From: the human T2T-CHM13v2.0 reference genome, Homo sapiens
Length of the DNA stretch: 64,000 bases
Direction: 5' to 3' (one strand)
Assembly (NCBI RefSeq): GCF_009914755.1
Contig: NC_060947.1
This document shows, one piece after another, positions 13,825 to 27,700 of this stretch (positions within the stretch are counted from its first letter, which is position 1; every line of letters starts with the position of its first letter). The translations under genes were made by a program, and so were the position numbers. Under the pieces are notes generated by a model. The model ran no database searches. It saw nothing but the letters and a program-made list of their open reading frames with translations, and was not told the DNA's origin.

Positions 13825-14320
13825 ATATCCTAACATAAAAACTAGTCAGAAGCATTCTCACAAAGTTCTTTTTGATGTGTGCATTCAACTCACAGTGTTG
13901 AGCCTTCCTTTTGATAGAACAGTGTTGAAACAATCTTTTTGTAGAATCTGCAAGTGGATATTTGGAGTGCTTTGAGGCCTTCGGTGGAAAAGAAAATATC
14001 TTCACATAAAAAGTAGACAGAAGGAGTCTCAGAAACTACTTTGTGATGTTTGCCCTGAACACAGAGAGTTGAACCTTCTTTTAGATAGAGCAGTTTTGAA
14101 ACACTCTTTTTGTATAACCAGTAAGGGTACATTTGGAGGGCTTTGAGGCCTTCCGTGGAAACAGGAATAGCTTCACATAAAAACTAGACAGAAGCCTTCT
14201 CAGAAACTACTTTGTGATGTTTGCATTCAACTCACAGAGTTGAACATTCCTTTTGATAGAACAGTTTTGAAATACTCTTTTTGTAGAATCTGCAAGTGGA
14301 TATTTGGAGCACTTTGAGGC

Positions 14321-14337
14321 CTTCGGTGGAAACGGGA
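14321..14337 (+). promoter_or_regulatory. CENP-B box (intact)
   Basis: CTTCGGTGGAAACGGGA, in copy 2 of the trimer. Confidence 0.9.
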
Positions 14338-16074
14338 ATATCCTAACATAAAAACTAGTCAGAAGCATTCTCACAAAGTTCTTTTTGATGTGTGCATTCA
14401 ACTCACAGTGTTGAGCCTTCCTTTTGATAGAACAGTGTTGAAACAATCTTTTTGTAGAATCTGCAAGTGGATATTTGGAGTGCTTTGAGGCCTTCGGTGG
14501 AAAAGAAAATATCTTCACATAAAAAGTAGACAGAAGGAGTCTCAGAAACTACTTTGTGATGTTTGCCCTGAACACAGAGAGTTGAACCTTCTTTTAGATA
14601 GAGCAGTTTTGAAACACTCTTTTTGTATAACCAGTAAGGGTACATTTGGAGGGCTTTGAGGCCTTCCGTGGAAACAGGAATAGCTTCACATAAAAACTAG
14701 ACAGAAGCATTCTCAGAAACTACTTTGTGATGTGTTCCTTCAACTCACAGAGATGAAGCTTCCTTTTGATAGAGCAGTTTTGAAACACTATTTTTGTAGA
14801 ATCTGCAATGGATATTTGGAGCACTTTGCGGCCTTTGGTGGAAACGGGAATATCTTCACATAAAAACAAGACACAAGCATTCTCAGAATCTTCTTTGTGA
14901 TGTGTGCATTGAACTCAAAAAGTTGAACCTTCATTTTGATAGAGCAGTTTTGAAACACCTTTTTGTAGAATCTGCAAGTGGATATTTGGAGCGCTTTGCG
15001 ACCTATGGTAGAAAAAGAAATATCTTCATATAAAAACTTGACAGAAGCATTCTCAGAAGCTTCTTTGTGATGCCTGCATTCAACTCACATAGTTGAACCT
15101 TTCCATTGACAGAGAAGTTTTGAAACACTCTTTTTGTACAATCTGCAAGTGGACATTTGGAGCTCATTGATGCCTATGTTGAAAAAGGAAATATCTTCAC
15201 ATAAAAACTAGACAGAAGCATTCTCAGAAACTTCTCTGTGATGTGTGCATTCAACTCACTGAGTTGAACATTCCTTTTGATATAGCAGTTTTGAAACACT
15301 CTTTTTGTATATTCTGCAAGTGAATATTTGGAGCGATTTGAGACCTATGTTAGAAAAGGAATTATCTTCCTATAAAATCTAGACAGAAGCATTGTCAGAA
15401 ACTTCTTTGTGATGCCTGCATTCAACTGACAGGGTTGAACCTTTCTTTCGATAGGGCATTTTGGGAACACTCTTTTTGTAGAGTCTGCAATTGGACATTC
15501 GGAGCACTTTGAGGCCTGTGGAGGAAAAGGTAATATCTTCATATAAAAAACTAGACAGAAGCATTCTCAGAAACTACTTTGTGATGTTTGCATTCAACTC
15601 ATAGAGGTGAACATTCCTTTTGATAGAGCAGTTTTGAAACACTCTTTTTGTAGAAACTGCAAGTGGATATTTGGAGCGCTTCGAGGTCTGTGGGGGAAAA
15701 GGAAATATCTTCACATAAAACCTAGACAGAGGCATTCTCAGAAACTTGTTTGTGATGTGTGCATTCAACTCAGGGAATGGAGCCTTCCTTTTGATAGAGC
15801 AGTTTTGAAACACTCTTTTTATAGAATCTGCAACTGGATATTTGGAGCGCTTTGTGGCCCATTGTAGGAAAGGAAATACCTTCATATAAAAACTAGACAG
15901 AAGCATTCTCAGAAACTACTTTTTGATGTGTGCATTCAACGGATGGAGATGAATCTTTCTATTGATAGATCAGTTTTGAAACACTCATTTTTAAAATCTG
16001 CAGGTGGACATTTAGAGCGCTTTGCTGCCTAAGGTGAAAAAGGAAATATCTTCACATAAAAACTAGACAGAAGC

Positions 16075-17460
16075 ATTCTCAGAAACTTCGTTGTGTTCTG
16101 TGCATTGAACTCCGAGAGTTGAACCTTCCTTTTGATACAGCAGCTTTGAAACACGTGTTTTGTAGAATCGGCAAGAGGATGTTTGGATCGATTTGAGGCC
16201 TATAGTAGAAAAGGAAATATCTTCATATAAAAACTAGACAGAAGCATTCTCAGAAACTACTTTGTGATGATTGCATTCAACTCACAGAGTTGAAAATTCC
16301 TTTTGATAGAGCAGTTTTGAAACCCTCTTTTTGCAGAATCTGCATGTGGACATTTGGAGCGCTTTGATGCCTGTGGTGGAAAAGGAGATATCTTCATAAA
16401 AAACTAGACAGAAGCATTCTCAGAAACTACTTTGTGATGTTTGCATTCAACTCACAGAGTTGAACATTCCTTATGATAAAGCAGTTTTGAAACAGTCTTT
16501 TTGTAGAATCTGCAAGTGGATATTTGGAGCACTATGAGGCCTACGGTGGAAACAGGAATATCTTCACAAAAAAACTAGACAGAAGCCTTCTCAGAATCTT
16601 CTTTGTGAGGTGTGCATTCAACTCACAGAGTTGAACCTTCCTTTTGATAGAGCAGATTCGAAACACTCTTTTTGTGGAATCTGCAACTGGATATTTGGAG
16701 CACTTTGAGGCCTTCAGTGGAAACGGGAATATCTTCACATAAAAACTAGACAGTAGCATTCTCAGAAACTTCTTTGTGTTCTGTGCATTGAACTCCGAGA
16801 GTTGAACCTTCCTTTTGATAGAGCAGTTTTGAAACACGTGTTTTGTAGAATCAGCAAGAGGATATTTGGATCGATTTGAGGCCTATAGTAGAAAAGGAAA
16901 TATCTTCATTTAAAACTAGACAGAAGCATTCTCAGAAACTACTCTGTGATGATTGCATTCAGCTCACAGAGTTGAAAATTCGTTTTGATAGTGCAGTTTT
17001 GAAACCCTCTTTTTGCAGAATCTGCATGTGGACATTTGGAGCACTTTGATGCCTGTGGTGGAAAAGGAGAGATCTTCATAAAAAACTAGACAGAAGCATT
17101 CTCAGAAACTACTTTGTGATGTTTGCATTCAACTCACAGAGTTGAACATTCCTCTTGATAGAGCAGTTTTGAAACACTCTTTTTCTAGAATCTGCAAGTG
17201 GATATTTGGACGGCTTTGAGGCATTTGGTGGAAAGGGGAATATCTTCACAAAAAAACTAGACAGAAGCATTCTCAGAATCTTCTTTGTGAGGTGTGCATT
17301 CAACTCACAAAGTTGAACCTTCCTTTTGATAGAGCAGTTTTGAAACATTCTTTTTGTGGAATCTGCAACTGGATATTTGGAGCGCTTTGAGGCCTTCAGT
17401 GGAAAAGGGAATATCTTCACATAAAAACTAGACAGTAGCATTCTCAGAAACTTCTTTGTG
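16075..17460 (+). repeat. Diverged tandem duplication of a 683-bp (4-monomer) unit
   Basis: Private variants recur at offset 683: TTGTGTTCTGTGCATTGAACTCCGAG (16091/16774), ACACGTGTTTT, GGATCGATTTG, GATGATTGC and CAGTAGCATT (16751/17434). Confidence 0.9.
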
Positions 17461-18756
17461 ATTTCTGTATTCAACTCAGATTTGAACTTTTTTTTGATAG
17501 AGCAGTTTTGAAACACTCTTTTTGTAGAATCTGCAAGTGGATATTTTGACCGCTTTGAGGCCTATGGTAGAAAAGGCAATATATTCATATAAAACCTAGA
17601 CAGCAGCATTTTCAGAAACTTCTTTGTGATGTCTGCATTCAACTCACGGAGTAGAACCTTTCTTTTGATAGAGCAGTTTTGAAACTCTCTATTTGTAAAA
17701 TCTGCAAGTGGATATTTGGAGCGTTTGAGGCTTTCGGTGGAAACAGGAATATCCTCTCATAAAAACTTGACAGAAAAATTCTCAGAAACTGCTTTGTGAT
17801 GTGTGCATTCAACTCAGAGGGTTGAACCTTCCTTCTTATAGAACAGTTTTGAAACACTCTTTTTGTAGCATCTGCAAGTGGATGTTTGGACCTCTTTGAG
17901 GCCTTCAGTGGAAACCAAAATATCTTCACATAAAAAGTAGACAGAAGCATTCTCAGACACTACTTTGTGATGCCTGCATTCAACTCACAGAGTTGAACCT
18001 TCCATTTGGTATAGCAGTTTTGAAACACTCTTCTTTTAGAATTTGAAAGTGGATAGTTGGAGCGCTTTGAGGCCTTCTGTGGAAGCTGAAATATCTTCAC
18101 ATGAAAACTATACAGAAGCATTCTCAGAAACTGCTTTGTGATGGGTTCATTGAACTCACAGAGTTGAAACTTGCTTTTGATAGAGCAGTTTTGAAACATT
18201 CTTTTTGTAGAATCTGCAAGTGGACTATTGGAGCGCTTTGAGGCCTGTGGTGTAAAATGAGATATCTTCATATAAAAACTAGACAGAAGCATTCTCAGAA
18301 ACTATTTTGTGATGTTTGCATTCAACTCACAGTGTTGAACGTTTCTTTTCATAGAGCTGTTTTGAAAGACACTTTTTGTAGAGTCTGCAAGTCTATATTT
18401 GGAGTGCTTTGAGGCCTACAGTGGAAACGAGAATGTCTTCACATAAAAACTAGACAGAAGCATTCTCCGAAACCTCTATGTGATGTATGCATTCACCTCA
18501 CTGAGTTGAACCTTTCTTTTGATAGAGTAGTTTTGAAACGCTCTTTTTGTAGAATCTGCAAGTGGATATTTAGAGTGCTTTGATGCCTATGGTAGAAAAG
18601 GACATATCTTCATATAAAACTAGACAGAAGCATTCTCAGAAACTTCTTTGTGATGTTTGCATTCAACTCACAGAGTTGAACATTCCTTTTGATAGAGCAG
18701 TTTTGAAACACTCTTTTTGTAGAGTCTGCAAGGGGATATTTGGGCCGTTTAGAGGC

Positions 18757-18773
18757 CTTCGGTGGAATCGGGA
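18757..18773 (+). promoter_or_regulatory. CENP-B box (intact essential bases)
   Basis: CTTCGGTGGAATCGGGA. Confidence 0.85.
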
Positions 18774-20291
18774 ATATCTTCACATAAAAACCAGACAGAA
18801 GCATTCTCAGAAACTTCTTTATGATGTGTGTATTCAACTGAAAGAGTTGGACCTTTCTTTTATTACAGAGGTTGAAACAGTCTTTTTGTAGAATCTGTAA
18901 GTGGACATTTGGAGCGCTTTGATGCCTGGGGTGGAAAAGAAGATATCTTCATATAAAAACTAGACAGAAACATTCTCAGAAACTACTTTGTGATGTTTGC
19001 ATCCAACTCACAGAGTTGAAACTTCCTTTGATAGAGCCGGTTTGAAAGACTCTTTCTGTAGAATCTGCAAGCCTATATTTTGAGCACTTTGAGGCCTACG
19101 GTGGAAACGGTAATATCTTCACATAAAAACTAGACAGAAAAATTCTCAGAATCTTCTTTGGGATGTGTGCATTCAACTCAGAGAATTTAACCTTCCTTTT
19201 AATAGAGCAGTTTTGAAACACTGTTTTTGTAGAATCTAGAAGTGGATATTTGGAGCGCTTTGAGGCCTATGGTAGAAAAGAAATATCTTCATATAAAAAC
19301 TAGACAGAAGCATTCACAGAAACCACTTTGTGATGTTTGCATTCAACTCACAGAGTTGTACCTTCCTTTTGATAGAGCAGTTTTGAAACACTCTTTTTGT
19401 AGAATCTGAAAGTGGACATTTGGACCACTTTGAGGCCTTTGGTGGAAACGGGAATATCTTCACATAAAAACTGGACAGAAGCATTCTCAGAAACTCCTTT
19501 GTGATGTGTGCATTCAACTCACAGAGTTGAACCTTCCTTTTGATAGAGCAGTTTTGAAACCCTCTTTTGGTAGAATCTGCAAGTGTACATTTGGAGCGCT
19601 TTGAGACCTGTGCTGGAAAAGGAAATATCTTCACATAAAAACTAGACACAAGGATTCTCAGAAACTTCTTTGGGATGTGTGCATTCAACTCACATAAGTG
19701 AACCTTCCTTTTGATAGAGCAGTTTTGAAACACTCTTTTTGTGGAATCTGCAAGTCGACATTTGGAGCGCTTTGATGCCTGTGGTGAAAAAGAAGATATC
19801 TTCATATAAAAACTAGACAGAAGCATTCTCAGAAACTACTTTGTGATATTTGCATTGAACTCACAGAGCTGAACATTTCTTTTGATAGAGCAGTTTTGAA
19901 ACACTCTTTTTGTGGTATCTGCAAGTGGATATTTGGAGTGCTTTGAAGTCTTCGGTGGAAAAGGGAATATCTTCACAAAAAAACTAGACAGAATCATTTT
20001 CAGAAACTTCTTTGTGATGGGTGCATTCAACTCACAGAGTTGAACCTTTCTTTTGATAGAGCAGTTTTGAAACACTCTTTTTGTATAATCTGCAAGTGGA
20101 CATTTTGAGAGCTTTGATGCCTATGTTGAAAAAGGAAATATTTTCACACAAAAACTAGAAAGAAACATTCTCAGAAAGTGCTTTGTGATGTGTGTGTTCA
20201 ATTCACAGAGTTGAACATTCCTTTTGATAGAGCAGTTTTGAAAGACTCTTTTTGTAGAATCTGCCAGAGGATATTTGGAGCACTGGGAGGC

Positions 20292-20308
20292 CTTCGGTGG
20301 AAACGGGA
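20292..20308 (+). promoter_or_regulatory. CENP-B box (intact)
   Basis: CTTCGGTGGAAACGGGA. Confidence 0.9.
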
Positions 20309-20929
20309 ATACCTTCACATACAAATTAGAGAGAAGCATTCTCAGAAACACCTTTGTGATGTGTACATTCAACTCACAAAGTTGAACCTTTCTTTTGATA
20401 TAGCAGTTTTCAAACAATCTTTTTGTAGAATCTGTAACTGGATATTTGGAGCGCTTTGAGGCCTTCAGTGGAGATGGGATTATATTCACATAAAAACTAG
20501 AAAGAAGCATTCTCAGAAACTTCTTTGTGATATGTGCATTCACCTCACCGATTTGAACCTTTCTTTAGAAGGAGCAGATTTGAAACACTCTTTTTGAAGA
20601 ATCTGCAACTGGATATTTGGAGAGCTTTGAGGACTATCTGGGAAAGGAAATCTCTTCATATAAAAACTAGATAGAAGCATTCTCAGAAACTACTTTGTGA
20701 TGTGTGCATTCAACTCACTGAGGTGATCCTTTCTTTCGATAGAGCAGTTTTGAAACACTCATTTGTAGAAACTGCAAGTGGACATTTAGAGGGCTTTGCT
20801 CCCTATGGTGAAAAAGGAAATATATACACATAAAAACTAGACAGAAGCATTCTCAGAAACTTCTTTGTGATGTTTGCATTCAACTCACAGAGTTGAACAT
20901 CCCTTTTGATAGAGCAGTTTTGAAACACT

Positions 20930-22390
20930 CTTTTTGAAGGATCTGCAAGTGGATATTTGGTTCCCTTTGAGGCCTATGCTTGAAAAAGAAATATCTTCAT
21001 ATGAAAACTAGACAGAAGCATTCTCAGTAACTGCTTTGTGATTTGTGCATTCAAGTCACAGTGTTGAACCTTTGTTTTGATAGAGCAGTTTTGAAACACG
21101 CTTTTTGCAGGATCTGCAAGTAGATATTTCGTTCTATTGGAGGTCTATGTCAGAAAACGAAATATCTTCACATAAATACTAGACAGAAGCATTCACAGAA
21201 TCTTCTTTGTGATGTGTGCATTCAACTCACCGAGTTGAACCTTTCTTTTGGTAGAGCAGTTTTGAAATACTCTTTGTAGAATCTACAAGTGGATATTTGT
21301 TCCACTTTGAGGCCCACGTTGGAAAAGGAAATATCTTCACGTAAAAACTAGACAGAAGCATTGTCAGAAGCTGATTTGTGATGTGTGCATTCAACTCACA
21401 GAGTTGTACCTTTCTTTTGATAGAGCAGTTTTGAAACACTCTTTTTGTAGAATCTGCAGGTGGATATTTGTAGTGCTTAGAGGCCTATGGTGGAGAAGGA
21501 AATATCTTCACATAAAAACAAGGCAGAAGCATTCTCAGAAACTTCTTTGTGATGTGTGCATTCAACACACAGAGTTGAACATTTCTTTTGATAGAGCAGT
21601 CTTGATACACTCTTTTTTTAGAATCTGCAAGTGAATATTTTGTTCCCTTTGAGGACTATGATGGGAAACGAAATATCTACATATAAAAACAGACAGAAGA
21701 ATTCTCAGAAACTTCTTTGTGATGTGTGCATTCCACCCTCAGATTTGAACTTTTCTTTTGATAGAGCAGTTTTGAAACAGTCTTTTTGTAGAATCTGCAA
21801 GTGGATATTTGGTGTGCTTTGAAGTCTATACTGGAAAATGAAATATTTTCACATAAAAACCAGACAGAAGCATTCTCTGAAACTTCTTTGTGATGTGTGC
21901 TTTCAACTCACAGAGTTGAACTTTTCTTTTGAAAGAGCAGAATTGAAACACTTTTTTTGTGGAATCTGCAAGGGGATATTTCTTTCCCGTTGAGGCCTAT
22001 GTTGGAAAACGAAATATCTTCACATAAAAACTACACTGATGTATTCTCAGAAACTTCTTTGTGATGTGTGCATTCAACCCACAGAGTTGAACTTTTATTT
22101 TGATAGAGCAGTTTTGAAACAATCTTTTTGGAGAATCTGCAAGTGGATACTTCATTCCCTTTGAGGCTTATGGTGAAAAAGGAAATATCATCACAAAAAA
22201 GCTAGACACAAGCATTCTCAGAAACTTCTTTGTGGTGTGTGCATTCATCTCACAGAGTTGAACCATTCTTTTGATAGACGAGTTTTGAAACACTGTTTTT
22301 GTAGAATCTGCAAGCGGATATTTGGAGCGACTTGAGGCCTATGGTGGAAAAGGATGTATCTTCACATAAAAAGTACATAGAAGCATTCTC
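20930..22390 (+). repeat. Island of 'TTCCC'-type box-less monomers embedded in the B-box block
   Basis: Monomers carry TTTGGTTCCCTTTGAGG and GTTGGAAAACGAAAT. They are paralogous to ~25380-26220 and ~44150-45000. Confidence 0.75.
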
Positions 22391-22509
22391 AGAAACTACT
22401 TTGTGATGTTTATATTCAATTCACAGTGTTGAATATTCCTTTTGATAGAGCAGTTTTGAAACACTCTTTTTATAGAATCTGCAAGTGCACATTTGGACAG
22501 CTTTGATGC

Positions 22510-22526
22510 CTTCGGTGGAAACGGGA
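22510..22526 (+). promoter_or_regulatory. CENP-B box (intact)
   Basis: CTTCGGTGGAAACGGGA. Confidence 0.9.
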
Positions 22527-24388
22527 GTATCTTCAAATACAAACTAGAGAGAAGAATTCTCACAAACTTCTTTGCAATGCGTGTATTCAACTCAGAGAGT
22601 TGAAACTTTCTTTTAATAGAGTAGTTTTGAAACACTGTTTTTGTAGAATCTGCAAGTGGACATTTGGAGCGCTTTGATGCCTGTGGTGGAAAGGAAGTTA
22701 TCTTCATATAAAAACTAGACAGAAGCATTCTCTGAAACTACTTTGTGATGTGTGCATTCAACCCACAGAGTTGAACCTTCCTTTTGATAGAGCCTTTTGA
22801 AAGACTCTTTTTGAAGAATCTGCAAGTCTATATTTGGAGGACTTTGAGGCCTACTGTGGAAACGGATATATATTCACATAAAAACTAGACCGAAGCATTC
22901 TCAGAATCTTCTTTGTGATGTGTGCATCCAACTCAGAGAATTGAACTTTCCTTTAAATAGAGCAGTTTTGAAACATTGTTTTTGTAGAATCTGGAAGTGG
23001 ACATTTGGAGCGCTTTGATGCCTGTGGTTGAAAAGGAGATATCTTCATATAAAAACTATACAGAAGCATTCTGAGAAACTACTTTGTGATATTAGCATTC
23101 AACTCACAGAGTTGAACATTCCTTTTGATAGAGCAGTTTTGAAACACTCTTTTTGGAGAATCTGCAAGTGGATATTTGGACCGATTTGAGGACTTCACTG
23201 TAAATGGGAATATCTTCACTTAAAAATTAGACAGAAGCATTCTCAGTAACCACTTTGTGATGTGTGCATCCAACTCACAGTGTTGAACCTTCCTTTTGAT
23301 AGAGCAGTTTTGAAACACTCTTTTTGTAGAATCTGCAAGTGGATATTTGGAGTGCTTTGAGGCATTCGGTGGAAAAGGGAATATCTTCACATAAAAACTA
23401 GACAGATGCATTCTCAGAAACTTCTTTGTGATGTCTGTATTCATCTCCAGAGTTGAACCTTTCTTTTGATAGAGGAGTTTTGAAACACTCTTTTTGTAGA
23501 ACCTGCAAGTGGATATTTGGAGTGCTTTGAGGCATTCGGTGGAAAAGGGATATCTTCACATAAAAACTAGACAGGTGCATTCTCAGAAACTTCTTTGTGA
23601 TGTCTGCATTCATCTCCAGAGTTGAACCTTTCTTTTGATAGAGGAGTTTTGAAACACTTTTTTTGTAGAATCTGCAAGTGGACATCTGGAGCCCTTTGAG
23701 GCCTGTCGTGGAAAAGGAAATAACTTCATATAAAAACTGGACAAAAGCATTCTCAGAAACTACTTTGTGATGTCTGCATTCAACACACAGAGTTGAACAT
23801 TCCTTTTGATAGAGCCGTTTTATAACGCTCTTTTTGTAGAATCTGCAAGTGGATATTTAGACCACTTTGAGGCCCTCGGTGGAAATGGGAATATATTCAC
23901 ATAAAAACTAGACAGAAGCATTCTCAGAAACTTCTTTGTGATGTGTACATTGAACTCAGAGAGTTGAACCTTCCTTTTGATAGATCAGTTTTGAAACACT
24001 TTTTGGTAGAATCTGCAAGTGGATATTTGGAGAGCTTTGAGGCCTACTATGGTAAATAAGGAAATATCTTCATATAAAAACTAGACCGAAGCATTCTCAG
24101 AAACTTCTCTGTGATGCCTGCATTCAATTCACAGAGTTGAACCTTTCTTTTGATAGAGGAGTACTGAAACACTCTTTTTGTGGAACCTGTAAGTGGACAT
24201 TTAGAGCACTTTGATGCCTATGGTGAAAAAGAAAATATGTTCACATAAAAACTAGACAGAAGCATTCACAGAAACTTCTTCATGATGTTTGCATTCAACT
24301 CACAGGGTTGAATATTCCTTTTGATAGAGCAGTTTGGAAACACTCTTTTTGTAGAATCTGCAAGTGGATATTTGGAGCGCTTTGAGGC

Positions 24389-24405
24389 CTTCGGTGGAAA
24401 CGGGA
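24389..24405 (+). promoter_or_regulatory. CENP-B box (intact)
   Basis: CTTCGGTGGAAACGGGA. Confidence 0.9.
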
Positions 24406-24749
24406 ATATCCACACATAAAAACTAGACAGAAGCACTCTCACAACCTACTTTGTAATGTGTGCATTCAACTCACAGAGTTGAACTTTTTTTTTGATAGAG
24501 TAGTTTTGAAACACTTTTTTTGTAGAATCTGCAAGTGGTTATTTGGAGCGCTATGAGGCCTACTGTGGAAACCGGAATATCTTCACATAAAAACTAGACA
24601 GAAGCATTCTCAGAAACTTCTTTGTGTTGTGTGCATTGAACTAAGAGAGTTGAACCTTCCATTTCATAGAGCAGTTTTGAAACACTCTTTTTGTAGAATC
24701 TGAAGTTGGGTATTTGTAGCTTTTTGAGACCCTTCCTGTAAAAGGAAAT

Positions 24750-27700
24750 ATCTTCACATAAAAACTAGACAGAAGCATTCTCCGAAACTTCTTTGTGATG
24801 TGTACATTCAACTCACAGTGTTGAATATTTCTTTTGATAGAGCAGTTTTCAAACACTCTTTTTTTAGAAACTGCAAGTGGATATTTGGAGGGCTTTGAGG
24901 CCTGTGGGGTAAAAGGAAATATCTTCACATGAAAACTAGATGCAAGCATTCCCAGAAACTTCTTTGTGATGTGTGCATTGAACTCACAGAGTCGACCCCT
25001 TCTTTTGATAGAGCAGTTGTGAAACACTTTTTTTGTAGAATCTGCAAGTGGATATTTTGTTCCCTTTGAGGCCTATGGCGGAAAACGAAATATCTTCAGA
25101 TAAAAACTAAACAGAAGAATTCTAAGAAACTTCTTTGTGATGTGCTCATGAAACTCACAAAGTTGAACATTTCTTTTGATAGAGCAGTTTTGTAATGCAC
25201 TTTTCGTAGAATCTGCAAGTGGATATTTGGAGCACACTGTGGCCGATGGCGGAAAAGGAAATATCTTCACATAAAAACTAGACACAAGCATTCTCCAAAA
25301 CTGTTTTGTGATGTGTGCATTCAACTCACAGAGCTGAACCTTTCGTTTGATAGAGCAGTTTGAAACACCTTTTTGTAGAATCTGCAAGGGGATATTTGGT
25401 TCCCTTTGAGGCCTATGCTTGAAAAAGAAATATCTTCATATAAAAACTAGACAGAAATATTCTCAGTAACTGCTTTGTGATGTGTGAATTCAACTCACAG
25501 TGTTGAACCTTTGTTTTGATAGAGCCGTTTTGAAACACCCTTTTTGTAGGATCTACAAGTAGATATTTGGTTCCATTGGAGGTCTATGTTGGAAAACGAA
25601 ATATCTTCACATAAAAACTAGACAGAAGCATTCACCGAAACTTCTTTGTGATGTGTGCATTCAACTCACCGAGTTGAACCTTTCTTTTGGTAGAGCAGTT
25701 TTGAAATACTCTTTGTAGAATCTGCAAGTGGATATATTTTCCCCTTTGAGGCCCACATTGGAAAAGGAAATATCTTCACATAAAAACTAGACAGAAGCAT
25801 TGTCAGAGCTGATTTGTGATGTGTGCATTCAACTCACAGAGTTGAACCTTTCTTTTGATAGAGCAGTTTTGAAACACTCTTTTTGTAGAATCTGCAGGTG
25901 GATATTTGGAGCGCTTGGAGGCCTAAGGTGGAGAAGGAAATATCTTCACATAAAAACTAGGCAGAAGCATTCTCAGAAACTTCTTTGTGATGTGTGCATT
26001 CAACACACAGAGTTGAACATTTCTTTTGATAGAGCAGTCTTGATACACTCTTTTTTTAGAATCTGCAAGTGGATATTTTGTTCCCTTTGAGGGCTATGAT
26101 GGGAAACGAAATATCTACATATAAAATTAGACAGAAGAATTCTCAGAAACTTCTTTGTGATGTGGGCATTGAACTCAGAGACTTGAATCTTTCTTTTGAT
26201 AGAGCAGTTTTGAAACACTCTTTCTGTAGAATCTGCAAATGGATATCTGGAATGCTCTGAGGCATATGGTGGAAAAGGAAATATCTTCACATAAAAAATA
26301 GACAAAAGGATTCTCCGAAACTTCTTTGTGCTGTGTGCATTTAGGTCACAGAGTTGAACATTTCTTTTGATAGAGCAGTATTGAAACACTCCTTTTGTAT
26401 AATCTGCAAGTGGATATTTTGTTCCCTTTGAGGACTATGTTGGAAAATGTAATATCTTCACATAAAAACTAGACAGAAGCATTCCCCGAAACTTCTTTGA
26501 AATCTGTGCATTCAACTCACAGAGTTGAAACTTTCTTTTGATAGAGCACTTTTGAAACACTCTTTTTGTAGAATCTGCAAGGGGATATTTTGTTCCCTTG
26601 GAGACCTGTGTTGGAAAACGAAATAACTTCACATAAAAACCAGACAGAAGCATTCTCAGAAACTTCTTTGTGATGGGTGCATTAAACTCACAGAGTTGGG
26701 CCTTTCTTTTTATAGGGCAGTTTTGAAGCACTCTTTTTGTAGAATCTGCAAGGGGATATTTGGTTCCATTTGAGGCCTATGGTGGAGAAGGAAATATCTT
26801 CACATACAAACTAGACAGAAGAATTCTCTGAAACTTCTTTGTGCTGTGTGTATTCAACTGATGGAGTTGAACCTTTCTTTTGATAGAGCAGTTTTGAAAC
26901 ACTCTTTCTGCAGTATCTACAACTGGGTATTTTGTTCCCTTTGAGGCCTACGATGGAAAATGAAATATCTTCATATAAAACTAGACAGAAGCATTCTCGG
27001 AAACTGCTTTGTGATTTGTACATTCAACTCAGAGATCTGAACCATTCCTTTGATAGAGCAGTTTTGAAACACTATTTTTGTAGAAATTGCAAGGGGATAT
27101 TTTGTTCCCTTTGAGGCCTATGTTGGAAAACAAAATATCTTCACATAAAAACTAGACAGAAGCATTCTCAGAAACTTCTTTGTGCTGAGTGCATTCAACT
27201 CACAGAGTTGAACTTTTCTTTTGATAGAGCAGTTTTGAAACCCTCTTTCTGTAGAATCTGCAAGTGGATATTTGGAATGCTTTGAGGCCTATGGTGGAAA
27301 AGGAAATATCTTCACATAAAAACTAGACAGAAGCATTCTCCAAAACTTCTTTGTGATGTGTGCATTCAACTCACAGAGTTGAACCTTTCTTTTTGTAGAG
27401 CAGTTTTGAAACACTCTTTTTGAAGAATCTGCAAGGGGATATTTTGTTCCATATGAGGCCTATGTTGGAAAACGAAATATCTTCAAATAAAAACTAGTCA
27501 GAAGCATTCTCAGAAACTTCTTACTGATGTGTGCATTCAACTCACAGAGTTAAACCTTTCTTTTGATAGAGCAGTTTTGGAACACTCTTTCGTAGAATCT
27601 GCAAGTGGATATTTGGAACTCTTTGAGGCCTCTTGTCTAAAAGGAAATATCTTCATAAAAAAACTAGACAGAAGCATTCTCTGAAATTTATTTGTGATGT

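Larger units (their letters stand above)
13662..14708 (+). repeat. Apparently perfect tandem duplication of a 513-bp (3-monomer) unit
   Basis: 13662-14174 matches 14175-14687, and homology continues to 14708. ORF translations are identical at offset 513 (13694/14207 and 13890/14403). Confidence 0.95.
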
